The notes: generated by a model not told the origin, from the letters alone. Numbered from the stretch's first letter, positions 28,300 to 37,846 are shown. The stretch: DNA of 41,227 bases from a virus (IMGVR_UViG_2541047931_000011:1-41227), one strand, 5' to 3'. Numbers and translations are program-made.

Positions 28300-28739
28300 G
28301 CAGCCCGATCTCCCCATCGCGCTTTCCATTCGAGAGCCAGTCGCGCTTCGTCTGACCACTTAACGCCACGCTCTGTACCGAATGCCTGTATAAGCTCTAA
28401 TAGCTCCGCAAATTCGCTTACACGCATCCTGCTGGTTGACTGGCCTATTACAACAAAGCCATTACCGGCAAGGTTAGGAACAACGTCCTGCTGCTTTAAT
28501 GCTGCGGTAAACACACACTTCCAGCTTTCTGCATCCAGCCAGCGACCATGCCATTCAACCTGACGAGAGACGTCACCTAAGCAGGCCCATAGCTTCCTGT
28601 TTTGGTCTAAGCTGCGGTTGCGTTCCTGAATGGTTACTACGATTGGTTTGGTTGGGTCTGGAAGGATTTGCTGGATAGCTTGAATGGCGTTCTGCTGATG
28701 GATGGGGCTTCTTAGTTCAAACGTTAGTTTCCTCACCAT
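28296..28739 (-). CDS. ninB: Recombination protein NinB
   Basis: 147-aa protein matching lambda NinB from memory (...IVVTIQERNRSLDQNRKLWACLGDVSRQVEWHGRWLDAESWKCVFTAALKQQDVVPNL...). Confidence 0.85.
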   Translation of the reverse strand: MVRKLTFELRSPIHQQNAIQAIQQILPDPTKPIVVTIQERNRSLDQNRKLWACLGDVSRQVEWHGRWLDAESWKCVFTAALKQQDVVPNLAGNGFVVIGQSTSRMRVSEFAELLELIQAFGTERGVKWSDEARLALEWKARWGDRAA

Positions 28740-28881
28740 TTACGCTCCTGTAATCGTCAAGTGCAGCTGCAATAGTCCCTATCGGGTCATGGTCTTGCCC
28801 GATAATCTCATTTACGTTTTCATCTTCTTCCACACCGAAAAAGAATCGCAGGGCTAACATGATTTCTTCGTATGCGCTCAT
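28717..28881 (-). CDS. Small hypothetical protein (54 aa)
   Basis: ORF not in the supplied track (MSAYEEIMLALRFFFGVEEDENVNEIIGQDHDPIGTIAAALDDYRSV...), SD GGAG upstream, overlaps the NinB start. Confidence 0.3.
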   Translation of the reverse strand: MSAYEEIMLALRFFFGVEEDENVNEIIGQDHDPIGTIAAALDDYRSVNGEETNV

Positions 28882-28883
28882 AC

Positions 28884-29126
28884 TCACTCCTTCACTTTGA
28901 CTCCAGCGTCGCTTAGCTCTTTTCTCATGTCATCTCTGCGGTGGTAAGTCCCGCCATAAACGTCTATTCCATGAGATGGCCATTTAATTTCGATAGATGC
29001 GCGAGACATAACCCATGACTGCCAGGCAATCATCTTGATGGCCTGAACGTGAAGTTCTTCGCTGTTGTTAATAGACTCGAACTCTTCACCAAACCACTCC
29101 AAAAACTGTTTTCTTGATTCGTTCAT
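28884..29126 (-). CDS. Hypothetical protein (80 aa)
   Basis: ORF in the ren/nin-left position, tightly packed. Confidence 0.45.
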   Translation of the reverse strand: MNESRKQFLEWFGEEFESINNSEELHVQAIKMIAWQSWVMSRASIEIKWPSHGIDVYGGTYHRRDDMRKELSDAGVKVKE

Positions 29127-29137
29127 ATCAATCCCCG

Positions 29138-29338
29138 TTATGACAGGTTAATTTTCACCCAACCCTTCCCACGCACATTTGCAACAAGCCCTTTCTTTCT
29201 CAGGTATTGCATACGGCGATCGATGGTTTCGATATACATTCCATTGCTCCGCCATTTAAGCCAGATATCAAAAACAGGTGTTGGTCTTTCACTCAGGATT
29301 GAAAGAATGTTTTGATCTAATTTTTCGTACTTGCTCAC
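29138..29338 (-). CDS. Small winged-helix-like protein (possibly Ren-like)
   Basis: 66-aa basic ORF in the position that ren occupies in lambda. Confidence 0.4.
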   Translation of the reverse strand: MSKYEKLDQNILSILSERPTPVFDIWLKWRSNGMYIETIDRRMQYLRKKGLVANVRGKGWVKINLS

Positions 29339-29661
29339 AAATACCCTCTCTCACTTAATCGCGCCCACGCTTCGTTAAACTCTTCTCGGGTTGCGCCGGA
29401 TTTTCTTTCTTCAAACATCATGCATTCGCTGATGTCTCCCCATGACTTTGGTCGCTTTTCAGCGAACAGATCATCCCATTCGAATACCCAGCGGCCTGAT
29501 TTTCGGTAGTGGTAAATGATCAGCCATGTTGTGCTGTTCGCTGGATACCCATAGAGAACTTCGACTTTTTGATCACGGTCTTTATGCTTTTTCAGCAGGA
29601 TAAAGCCAGCAACCAGCGAAGCTCCGGCAAGAATGATGATTGGAATTTGCCAGTCAGCCAC
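29335..29661 (-). CDS. Membrane-anchored hypothetical protein (108 aa)
   Basis: N-terminal hydrophobic helix (IPIIILAGASLVAGFILL) followed by a soluble domain; first gene after the tR2-like terminator. Confidence 0.45.
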   Translation of the reverse strand: MADWQIPIIILAGASLVAGFILLKKHKDRDQKVEVLYGYPANSTTWLIIYHYRKSGRWVFEWDDLFAEKRPKSWGDISECMMFEERKSGATREEFNEAWARLSERGYL

Positions 29662-29675
29662 ACTTCCCTCTCCCC

Positions 29676-29708
29676 CAAATAAAAAGGCCTGCGATTACCA
29701 GCAGGCCT
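29676..29708 (-). terminator. Rho-independent terminator downstream of the helicase gene (tR2-like)
   Basis: Minus-strand CAGGCCTGC-tggtaatc-GCAGGCCT followed by TTTTTATTT. Confidence 0.55.
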
Positions 29709-29733
29709 GTTATTAGCTCAGTGATGTAGATGG

Positions 29734-31110
29734 TCATACGTCAGCCCCTTGTGCATATCGCCTGCCACGTGCAGCGGGTGCATTTGATGTTGTGCAAATC
29801 TGTCTGGCTTCATCCTGGTCACATGCAACAAAGTGTCCGTTACAGAACCGCTGGTAAACCGTACCAAGCGAGCCAAAACGGTTTTTCGTCACAATGATTT
29901 CAGCAAATGGCGCGGCGCTACTGTTCTCGTCATATACCGCTTCCCGATAGAGCATGATGATTGAGTCTGCGTCCTGCTCAATGCTTCCTGAATCACGCAA
30001 ATCTGCGTTTGTCGGGCGTTTGTTTGGTCGCTTCTCAACATCGCGCGAAAGCTGACTCAGGGAGATAACCGGTGTTTTCAGGTCTTTCGCCATCGCCTTC
30101 AGGCTTCCGGAGATGTGAGCAATTGCGAGGTCGTTGCGGTCTGCTTTCGGCTTCTCAATCAGGCCAAGATAATCCGCCATGATGAGTGAGAGGTTTGGAT
30201 TTTCCTGTTTGTGCCGTTCTGCGATTGAGCGTATTTCTTCGACCGATAACCGCGAGGCATCGACTACCCATACATCCAAATCTGCAAGCTGACTCATGCC
30301 GTTAGCAACACGCGCCCAGCCTTCGTCATCCATCGATGCAGGATTTCGCAGTACGCTAACCGACATCCTCCCGGCGTTGGCAATGCTTCGCTCTGCAATC
30401 TGCAATGCGCTCATTTCCATCGAGAAAATCAACACTCCTCGCCGGACGTCAGAACCAGGAATAACGCGGCTTGCAACGCCTTCGGCAATCTTCAGCGCCA
30501 GCTCGGTTTTCCCCATACCAGGACGAGCAGCGATTATCACCAGGTCTTCTGCGTTCATCCCTCCGGTGATGGCGTCAAGTTCTTCTATTCCGGTCTTCAG
30601 GGTATCTGACTCTTCTCCGTTCCTCAGACGCCTGTCAAGCGTGTCGGTGTAGTCAGTGATGATTTTCCCTAAGCGTACCGGTTTAACCTCGTCACGGGGC
30701 TTTCTGATGGCTGAGAGACGCTTTACAAGTTCATCCATCGCCTGACTCGATGCGTCGATGGTTCCGCTTTGGATTGGTTCACGCATTTCATCCATGATTT
30801 CCAGCACCAGACGGCGGTGATAGTTATCCGCGACCATTCCGGCATATCCCTTCAGGTTTGCGGCACTCGGGCAGTTTTTGCTGGTCATCAGGATTGACGT
30901 GAAATGCTCCTCTCCGCACTCCTCGGCAACCATCAGCGCGTCGATTAGGTTTCTGTTTCGCGCCTGCTTGCGGATAACCTCGAAGGCTTTCCGGTAGAGC
31001 GGAATTGAAAACGCTTCCGGCTCCAGCGTTGCCAGAACGTCGCTGGCGGTTGGTGTTAATCCACCAATCAGCAGGCCACCGATAACGCTCGCTTCGATAT
31101 CCTGTCTCAT
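29734..31110 (-). CDS. Replicative DNA helicase, DnaB family
   Basis: 458-aa protein with Walker A (ARPGMGKT) and DnaB C-terminal domain pattern; ATGA overlap with the O-like gene stop. Confidence 0.85.
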   Translation of the reverse strand: MRQDIEASVIGGLLIGGLTPTASDVLATLEPEAFSIPLYRKAFEVIRKQARNRNLIDALMVAEECGEEHFTSILMTSKNCPSAANLKGYAGMVADNYHRRLVLEIMDEMREPIQSGTIDASSQAMDELVKRLSAIRKPRDEVKPVRLGKIITDYTDTLDRRLRNGEESDTLKTGIEELDAITGGMNAEDLVIIAARPGMGKTELALKIAEGVASRVIPGSDVRRGVLIFSMEMSALQIAERSIANAGRMSVSVLRNPASMDDEGWARVANGMSQLADLDVWVVDASRLSVEEIRSIAERHKQENPNLSLIMADYLGLIEKPKADRNDLAIAHISGSLKAMAKDLKTPVISLSQLSRDVEKRPNKRPTNADLRDSGSIEQDADSIIMLYREAVYDENSSAAPFAEIIVTKNRFGSLGTVYQRFCNGHFVACDQDEARQICTTSNAPAARGRRYAQGADV

Positions 31111-32054
31111 GCAATCCCCCTGTCTGCAAACTTCCCTTCCCGTACTCCCGTTAACGAATCTTCCCTCAGCAGGTAATCAAAATCAGCCGTCCAGCCCGTG
31201 TCGTTGTCTCCGAAGTAAAACGGCTTGGCCTGATGCACAAACGCCCTGACATACGCTCTGAAACCGTCCACATTTGGCGTTTTCAGTTGCGGGATGATTT
31301 TCTTCAGGCGGCGTTTGCGTTTCTCGTTGACCGCAACAGCGTGTGGAAGTCTGTCACCGACTTCGGTGTTGTAGGCGTTCAGGAAGGATTCGTAGTCGAT
31401 TCGTTCTGCCTTGCGACGTTCAGGTTTAACCTGCCCATCGCCTCCCCCATTGGGGGGTAGGGGGGTATTATTTATATTCTTGTTAATACCTTCTTGTTCA
31501 TGATGTGCGGTTGTTTGTGCGGCTTCATGTGCGCTTTCATGTGCGGAACGTACGCTGAAAGCCGCGCCATTACTGGCTTCATCATGTGCGGCATCATGTG
31601 CGGTTGTTTGTGCGGCTTCATGTGCGGGTGAATTGTCCATTTTTTGAGCATATTCATGGTAATTTGTGATGGTGATCACACGACCTTTTTGCTTCTCCCC
31701 ATCAATAGAGATCATCCCCTCTTTCACAAAAACCTGAAGCATCCGCTCAACCTGATCACGGCTTGCCGGCTTGCCATGTCTGTCGCATAACTGAAGACCT
31801 AAATCAGCTGCTGTCACAACCAGTTGACCGGGTTGCAGATGCCATTCATGACCTTTGAAATTCGATTTGTATGGCTTTCTGGCGGCATTCAGGAGAAGGT
31901 TTTCCCACAGGGTGCGAAGATAAACATCTTTCGCCCATGACTGTTTCAGAATGCTCCGGTACAACGGAATGTAACCAGTTTTCTGGTTCTCCATCCTGTT
32001 GCTCCTGCGCTCGTGTGCGGCGCTGAAATCGTAGATTTTTGCTGTATTGCTCAT
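31107..32054 (-). CDS. Replication initiator, O-like
   Basis: 315-aa ORF upstream of the helicase; central [14 protein letters not shown] repeats encoded by the iteron array. Confidence 0.7.
   Translation of the reverse strand: MSNTAKIYDFSAAHERRSNRMENQKTGYIPLYRSILKQSWAKDVYLRTLWENLLLNAARKPYKSNFKGHEWHLQPGQLVVTAADLGLQLCDRHGKPASRDQVERMLQVFVKEGMISIDGEKQKGRVITITNYHEYAQKMDNSPAHEAAQTTAHDAAHDEASNGAAFSVRSAHESAHEAAQTTAHHEQEGINKNINNTPLPPNGGGDGQVKPERRKAERIDYESFLNAYNTEVGDRLPHAVAVNEKRKRRLKKIIPQLKTPNVDGFRAYVRAFVHQAKPFYFGDNDTGWTADFDYLLREDSLTGVREGKFADRGIA
31500..31630. repeat. Iteron array (about 8 copies of core TGTGCGG at roughly 11-12 bp spacing, two blocks of four) = putative ori
   Basis: Copies at about 31504, 31516, 31528 (variant), 31540, 31586, 31597, 31609, 31621; adjacent AT-rich tract at about 31465-31495; lies inside the O-like gene as ori-lambda lies inside O. 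Confidence 0.6.
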
Positions 32055-32056
32055 AA

Positions 32057-32329
32057 CTACCTGCCTTGACGAAAGACCTTAAGAACATCGTTAAACTGAC
32101 TTACGGATATGTCTTCTTTGAGCAGCTTTTCCAGAAATGCGTTTGGAATGAACGTATATCCCTCCTCTTTTGGTAGAGACGGGAGCAACGCCCTCGCCTC
32201 AGCCTTCAGAAGCTCAGTTCTGGCAACTTTCACAAAAGAGATTTGAGTTCTTTCATCAATGGAACGAAGGAAGCGCAAACGCTTAGCTTCTTTGTGTGTA
32301 TCAGGTGGATTAAAGCCTTTGTTTCGCAT
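32057..32329 (-). CDS. Hypothetical protein (90 aa) between cII and the O-like gene
   Basis: Start MRNKGFNPPDTHKEAKRLRF... with SD GAGGT; the track ORF extends upstream in a frame overlapping cII, which I discount. Confidence 0.4.
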   Translation of the reverse strand: MRNKGFNPPDTHKEAKRLRFLRSIDERTQISFVKVARTELLKAEARALLPSLPKEEGYTFIPNAFLEKLLKEDISVSQFNDVLKVFRQGR

Positions 32330-32406
32330 ATAATTACCTCGCTGGATGTTGTTAAAATTCCATTTGTATTTGATCAGAACGCTCGGTTGCCGCCGGGCGT
32401 TTTTTA
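32330..32406 (+). ncRNA. oop: oop antisense RNA (overlaps the 3' end of cII)
   Basis: Plus-strand 3' end GTTCAGAACGCTCGGTTGCCGCCGGGCGTTTTTTATT matches the lambda oop terminator as I recall it; 5' end inferred from the 77-nt lambda length. Confidence 0.55.
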
Positions 32407-32645
32407 TTGGTGAGAATCGAAGCAACTTGTCGTGCCAATCGGGCCATGTCGTCGTCAACGACACCCCATTCAAGAACAGCAAGCAGCATTGAGAACTTTG
32501 GAATCCAGTCCCTCTTCCACCTGCTGATCTGCGACTTATCAACTCCCACAGCTTCCGCTGTCTTCTCAGTTCCAAGCATTGCGATTTTGTTAAGCAACGC
32601 ACTCTCGATTCTTAGAGCCTCGTTGCGTTTGTTTGCACGAACCAT
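32352..32645 (-). CDS. cII: Transcriptional activator cII (lambda)
   Basis: 97-aa protein matching lambda cII from memory (MVRANKRNEALRIESALLNKIAMLGTEKTAEAVGVDKSQISRWKRDWIPKF...); the track ORF has a 20-codon spurious N-terminal extension. Confidence 0.9.
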   Translation of the reverse strand: MVRANKRNEALRIESALLNKIAMLGTEKTAEAVGVDKSQISRWKRDWIPKFSMLLAVLEWGVVDDDMARLARQVASILTNKKRPAATERSDQIQMEF

Positions 32646-32724
32646 ATGTAAGTATTTCCTTAGATAACAATTGATTGAATGTATGCAAATAAATGCATAC
32701 ACCATAGGTGTGGTTTAATTTGAT

Positions 32725-32756
32725 GCCCTTTTTCAGGGCTGGGATGTGTAAGAGCG
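32725..32756 (-). promoter_or_regulatory. nutR (boxA CGCTCTTAC and boxB GCCCTGAAAAAGGGC)
   Basis: Minus-strand boxB hairpin at 32725-32739 and boxA at 32748-32756, between cro and cII; flanking sequence matches the lambda nutR/tR1 region. Confidence 0.75.
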
Positions 32757-32764
32757 GGAATGTC

Positions 32765-34117
<1,353 letters not shown>

Positions 34118-34167
34118 TCCCCACCTCAATCTCAGTAACCCAAAAACAAACTATTTTCCGTTTAAAA

Positions 34168-34235
34168 ACAATGGAGTTTGTTTTTTGCACCTCCATTTAC
34201 AATATTTCTTGTTTACAACATACAATCTTTCTTGT
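34168..34235. promoter_or_regulatory. Left operator region: three 434-type operators, with pL
   Basis: acaatggagtttgt 34168-34181, acaatatttcttgt 34199-34212, acaatctttcttgt 34222-34235, upstream of nutL and N. Confidence 0.7.
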
Positions 34236-34269
34236 AATTTTAAGCCATCAGCAGGACGCACTAACCACC

Positions 34270-34300
34270 ATGAAGGTGATGCTCTTAAAAATTTAGCCCT
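34270..34300 (+). promoter_or_regulatory. nutL (boxA-like TGCTCTTAA and boxB GCCCTGAAGAAGGGC)
   Basis: boxB hairpin at 34286-34300 and boxA-like element at 34270-34278, about 120 nt upstream of N. Confidence 0.75.
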
Positions 34301-34420
34301 GAAGAAGGGCAGCATTCAAAGCAGAAGGCTTTGAGTAGCGCGAAATGCAGCTGCAAGACAGCAACCGTGGAGATAAGCATCACGGCGCGTTACTCAAAGC
34401 TAACTGACAGGAGAATCCAG

Positions 34421-34747
34421 ATGGATGCACAAACACGCCGCCGCGAACGTCGCGCAGATAAACAGGCTCAATGGAAAGCAGCAAATCCCCTGTTGGTTGG
34501 GGTAAGCGCAAAGCCAGTTAACCGCCCTATTCTCTCGCTGAATCGCAAACCGAAATCACGAGTAGAAAGCGCACTGAATCCAATAGACCTTACAGTGCTG
34601 GCTGAATACCACGAACAGATTGAAAGCAACCTGCAACGTATTGAGCGCAAGAATCAGCGCACATGGTACAGCAAGCCACGCAGTGAAATGGGGGTGACTT
34701 GTGTTGGTCGCCAGAAAATGAAATTAGGCAGCAAACCACTTATTTGA
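34421..34747 (+). CDS. N: Antitermination protein N (lambda)
   Basis: Protein begins MDAQTRRRERRADKQAQWKAANPLLVGVSAKPVNRPILSLNRKPKSRVESALNPIDLTVLAEYH, matching lambda N including the arginine-rich boxB-binding motif; the track ORF has a 30-codon upstream extension. Confidence 0.9.
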   Translation: MDAQTRRRERRADKQAQWKAANPLLVGVSAKPVNRPILSLNRKPKSRVESALNPIDLTVLAEYHEQIESNLQRIERKNQRTWYSKPRSEMGVTCVGRQKMKLGSKPLI

Positions 34748-34825
34748 GGTGATATATGGAAGAAGAATTTGAAGAGTTCGAAGAGCATCCGCAGGATGTG
34801 ATGGAACAATACCAGGACTATCCGT

Positions 34826-35026
34826 ATGACTACGACTATTGATAAGAATCAATGGTGTGGACAATTCAAACGATGCAATGGATGCAAGCTGCAATCGGAA
34901 TGCATGGTTAAGCCTGAAGAAATGTTTCCTGTAATGGAAGATGGGAAATATGTCGATAAATGGGCAATACGAACGACGGCAATGATTGCCAGAGAACTTG
35001 GTAAACAGAATAACAAGGCTGCCTGA
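34826..35026 (+). CDS. ral: Restriction alleviation protein Ral-like
   Basis: 66-aa ORF immediately downstream of N; sequence recalled as lambda Ral (not verified); SD AGGA upstream. Confidence 0.55.
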   Translation: MTTTIDKNQWCGQFKRCNGCKLQSECMVKPEEMFPVMEDGKYVDKWAIRTTAMIARELGKQNNKAA

Positions 35027-35091
35027 TGGTGGCCTTTATTTTTGGCATAAACAACAGAATAAACACTGCACTGAATTATTTGAGGTGAGAT

Positions 35092-35562
35092 ATGACAAAA
35101 TCATGGAGCGTACCTTTTCCTGAATCAGAAACTGAACATGATGGAATGCCTGTTTTCTGGAGATTCCAAGCGACAGTTGAAGAAGATGGAATCAAAATAT
35201 TCGCACTTCAATATATAGCTTTTCATCAGACAGAGCATTATGCATGGTTGGTTCCTGCGCATTGGATTGTTGATTTTAAACCAGCACCAAATCAGTGGTT
35301 ACGGGAATGGAAACAAAGGAGAAATAGATATGCAATTAAGAAAGTAGCAAAAAATGCAGAAAGATCTTTTGCATTCCCAACGAAGAAACTTGCCATTGAG
35401 AGTTTATTGCGCCGGAAGAAATACCGTTTAATGAGAATCAAACAAGATTTGGCTGTTGTATCAACTCTTGTTGATGGGATGAAGAATATTGATACATCAA
35501 CACCAGATATTGAATATAACTTTGGACACAACCAAGAAACAGAAAATTGGGTATTTTATTAG
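35092..35562 (+). CDS. Hypothetical cargo protein (156 aa) in the pL operon
   Basis: Strong SD GAGGTGAG; AT-rich coding sequence; no TM segment or recognised motif; sits where lambda carries superinfection-exclusion/early accessory genes. Confidence 0.5.
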   Translation: MTKSWSVPFPESETEHDGMPVFWRFQATVEEDGIKIFALQYIAFHQTEHYAWLVPAHWIVDFKPAPNQWLREWKQRRNRYAIKKVAKNAERSFAFPTKKLAIESLLRRKKYRLMRIKQDLAVVSTLVDGMKNIDTSTPDIEYNFGHNQETENWVFY

Positions 35563-35666
35563 TACGAATAAGCACTGTGTATTCATTCCCACGAGTGAAT
35601 ACACGGAGCAATGTCGCTCGTAACTAAACAGGAGCCGACTTGTTCTGATTATTGGAAATCTTCTTT

Positions 35667-35693
35667 GCCCTCCAGTGTGAGGGCGATTTTTTT
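35667..35693 (+). terminator. Rho-independent terminator in the early-left operon
   Basis: GCCCTC-cagtgt-GAGGGC followed by GATTTTTTT. Confidence 0.5.
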
Positions 35694-35705
35694 GACGGAG
35701 GAAAT

Positions 35706-36017
35706 ATGAAATTACGTGTCTGGCATATCCCGCAAGTACCTATGAAACCGTTCATTGTAGAAGTGGCAAGTGTTGAAGAGGGTGTTCGCCTGATGGATGC
35801 ACTGGCTGATTATGACGCCTTTCAGTATGACAACAACATCAAGCCTGACTACTGCAATGCTAACGGCCTTGAGATGTGGGATGAGAGCCTTACCGATGAA
35901 GATTTATCAGAAATGGGGCTTACTGATCGCTGGGTGGATTGGTACAGCGAATGCCAATGTTACGACGACCCACGTAAATATCTCGAAAGCCTGAAAGAAG
36001 AAACATCAGCCGCCTAA
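35706..36017 (+). CDS. Hypothetical acidic protein (103 aa)
   Basis: ATG at 35706 with SD GGAGGAA; the track ORF starts 18 codons upstream, across the terminator. Confidence 0.5.
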   Translation: MKLRVWHIPQVPMKPFIVEVASVEEGVRLMDALADYDAFQYDNNIKPDYCNANGLEMWDESLTDEDLSEMGLTDRWVDWYSECQCYDDPRKYLESLKEETSAA

Positions 36018-36092
36018 GCGCGGCTTTACCGCATACCAATAACGCTTCACTCGAGGCGTTTTCGTTATGCAATCAAATATAAGGAGTTACCC

Positions 36093-36227
36093 ATGATGCA
36101 CTTTCAGCTCGCGGGTAGCGGCGTCATGTCCGCTTTCTACCCGCACGAATCTGAATTATCACGCCGAGTTAAACAATTAATCAGAGCAGCAAAGAAACAA
36201 CTGGAGGCGTTATGCGCAATGAAATAG
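36093..36227 (+). CDS. cIII: cIII-like protein (44 aa)
   Basis: ORF not in the supplied track; SD AAGGAG at 6-nt spacing; MMHFQLAGSGV...ESELSRRVKQLIR resembles lambda cIII MQYAIAGWPV...ESLLERITRKLRD. Confidence 0.45.
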   Translation: MMHFQLAGSGVMSAFYPHESELSRRVKQLIRAAKKQLEALCAMK

Positions 36228-36364
36228 CCATCAATCACCAGATGCTTCGTGCTGCACAGAACAAAGCAGTAATAGCCAGATTTATTGGTGATTCCAAAAT
36301 GTGGCTTGAAGCAAATAAAGCGATGAAATCAGCGATCAACATTCCGTGGTATCGCAGGAAATGA
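36212..36364 (+). CDS. kil: Kil-like host-killing protein (50 aa)
   Basis: ORF not in the supplied track; SD GGAGG; ...AVIARFIGDSKMWLEANKAMK resembles lambda Kil ...ATFIGDEKMFREAVDAYK. Confidence 0.45.
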   Translation: MRNEIAINHQMLRAAQNKAVIARFIGDSKMWLEANKAMKSAINIPWYRRK

Positions 36365-36618
36365 GTTTTACAGATAACTGGTCAGACGAAGAATTCATTC
36401 GTCAGATGAAAGATTTAATCGGTAACGAAGGAGATATTCATGTCACTTGCAACCACAGTGAAGGAGAGCAAGTTACAGAGACGCATGTACACGCAGAAAG
36501 CTCTCTGGTATCGCCATAATGGCGACCGCGAAGGAATGCGGGTATGCCTTAATTTGTCCCGAGTCGAAGTATTAAATCAGCGTTATTTCCTTGGGCCATG
36601 TCCATTCTGAGGTGAATT

Positions 36619-37326
36619 ATGGATTTGAATAAATTCGATGAGCCATTCAGCCCTGAAGATATCGAATGGCGAATACAGCAAAGCGGTAAAACACGCGATG
36701 GAAAGGTGTGGGCTATGGTGCTGGCTTATGTCACGAACAGGGCAATCATGAAACGCCTGGACGATGTTTGCGGCAAAGCAGGATGGCGCAATGAATACCG
36801 CGATATTCCCAACAACGGCGGAGTTGAATGCGGCATATCAATCAAGATTGATTCCGAATGGGTAACCAAATGGGATGCTGCTGAAAACACGCAGGTAGAA
36901 GCCGTCAAAGGTGGTCGTTCAGGTGCAATGAAGCGTGCTGCCGTTCAGTGGGGAATCGGTCGGTATCTGTATAACCTTGAGGAAGGTTTCGCACAAACAT
37001 CTCTCGATAAAAAGCAGGGGTGGCACAGGGCAAAACTGAAGGATGGAACAGGATTTTACTGGCTCCCTCCATCGCTGCCGGGCTGGGCAATGCCAGTATC
37101 AGATAACAAACCATCACCAGAAAATACCAACCAGAAATCTCCATCGGTTGACTGCGAACAAATCCTGAAAGACTTCAGCGATTATGCTTCAACAGAAACT
37201 GACAAGAAAAAACTCATCGAGCGTTATCAGCGTGACTGGCAATTAATGGCTGGCAACGAGGAGGCGCAGGCTAAATGCGTTCAGGTAATGAACATCAGAG
37301 TTAACGAACTAAAACAGGCGGCATAA
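36619..37326 (+). CDS. Rad52/Sak-like single-strand annealing protein
   Basis: 235-aa ORF immediately upstream of ssb in the position of lambda bet; central conserved-looking block (KGGRSGAMKRAAVQWGIGRYLY). Confidence 0.55.
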   Translation: MDLNKFDEPFSPEDIEWRIQQSGKTRDGKVWAMVLAYVTNRAIMKRLDDVCGKAGWRNEYRDIPNNGGVECGISIKIDSEWVTKWDAAENTQVEAVKGGRSGAMKRAAVQWGIGRYLYNLEEGFAQTSLDKKQGWHRAKLKDGTGFYWLPPSLPGWAMPVSDNKPSPENTNQKSPSVDCEQILKDFSDYASTETDKKKLIERYQRDWQLMAGNEEAQAKCVQVMNIRVNELKQAA

Positions 37327-37833
37327 ATGGCAAGCAGAGGCGTAAATAAGGTGATTATCCTTGGTCGGGTAGGACAAGACCCGGAAGTTCGATACTCACC
37401 ATCAGGAACAGCGTTCGCTAACCTGACAATAGCCACGTCAGAACAATGGCGAGATAAAAATACTGGCGAGCAAAAGGAATTGACTGAATGGCATCGTGTT
37501 GCTGTATCCGGGAAACTGGCTGAGGTCGTGGGGCAGTATGTGAAAAAAGGTGATCAGATTTATTTCGAGGGAATGCTGAGAACCAGAAAGTGGAAAGACC
37601 AGTCAGGGCAAGACCGTTACACAACCGAGGTTCATGTCGGAATTAATGGCGTGATGCAAATGCTTGGCGGCATTGGCGACAGCAAACAACAAGCAGCCAG
37701 CAGGCAATCACAGAAGCCACAGCAGCAATCATCACCAGCACAACACAACGAACCTCCGATGGATTTTGACGACGATATACCCTTTGCACCAGTAACTCTC
37801 CCCTTCCCTCGTCACGCTATTCACGCAATTTAA
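37327..37833 (+). CDS. ssb: Single-stranded DNA-binding protein with C-terminal extension
   Basis: N-terminal OB-fold region typical of E. coli-type SSB, Gln/Pro-rich linker, acidic tip DFDDDIPF followed by 15 extra residues before the stop. Confidence 0.85.
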   Translation: MASRGVNKVIILGRVGQDPEVRYSPSGTAFANLTIATSEQWRDKNTGEQKELTEWHRVAVSGKLAEVVGQYVKKGDQIYFEGMLRTRKWKDQSGQDRYTTEVHVGINGVMQMLGGIGDSKQQAASRQSQKPQQQSSPAQHNEPPMDFDDDIPFAPVTLPFPRHAIHAI

Positions 37834-37846
37834 TCAGGAGAAAATC

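Noticed and set aside
31500-31630. Possible CRISPR array suggested by short direct repeats
   Set aside because: Repeat unit is about 11-12 bp with no spacers of CRISPR length, lies inside a coding gene, and has an adjacent AT-rich tract; consistent with origin iterons.
31472-31657. 61-aa minus-strand ORF rich in His/Met/Pro/Lys with internal repeats
   Set aside because: It is an alternative-frame reading of the iteron array inside the O-like gene; the periodic DNA repeat creates a repetitive artefact peptide.
32057-32602. 181-aa version of the ORF between cII and the O-like gene
   Set aside because: Its upstream 91 codons overlap the well-supported cII gene in another frame; the internal ATG at 32329 with an SD lies just after the cII stop.
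35292-35531. 79-aa minus-strand ORF with hydrophobic segments, possible sieB-like membrane protein
   Set aside because: Entirely antisense to the 156-aa plus-strand gene, which has a strong SD; the AT-rich sequence produces Phe/Ile/Leu-rich antisense frames by chance.
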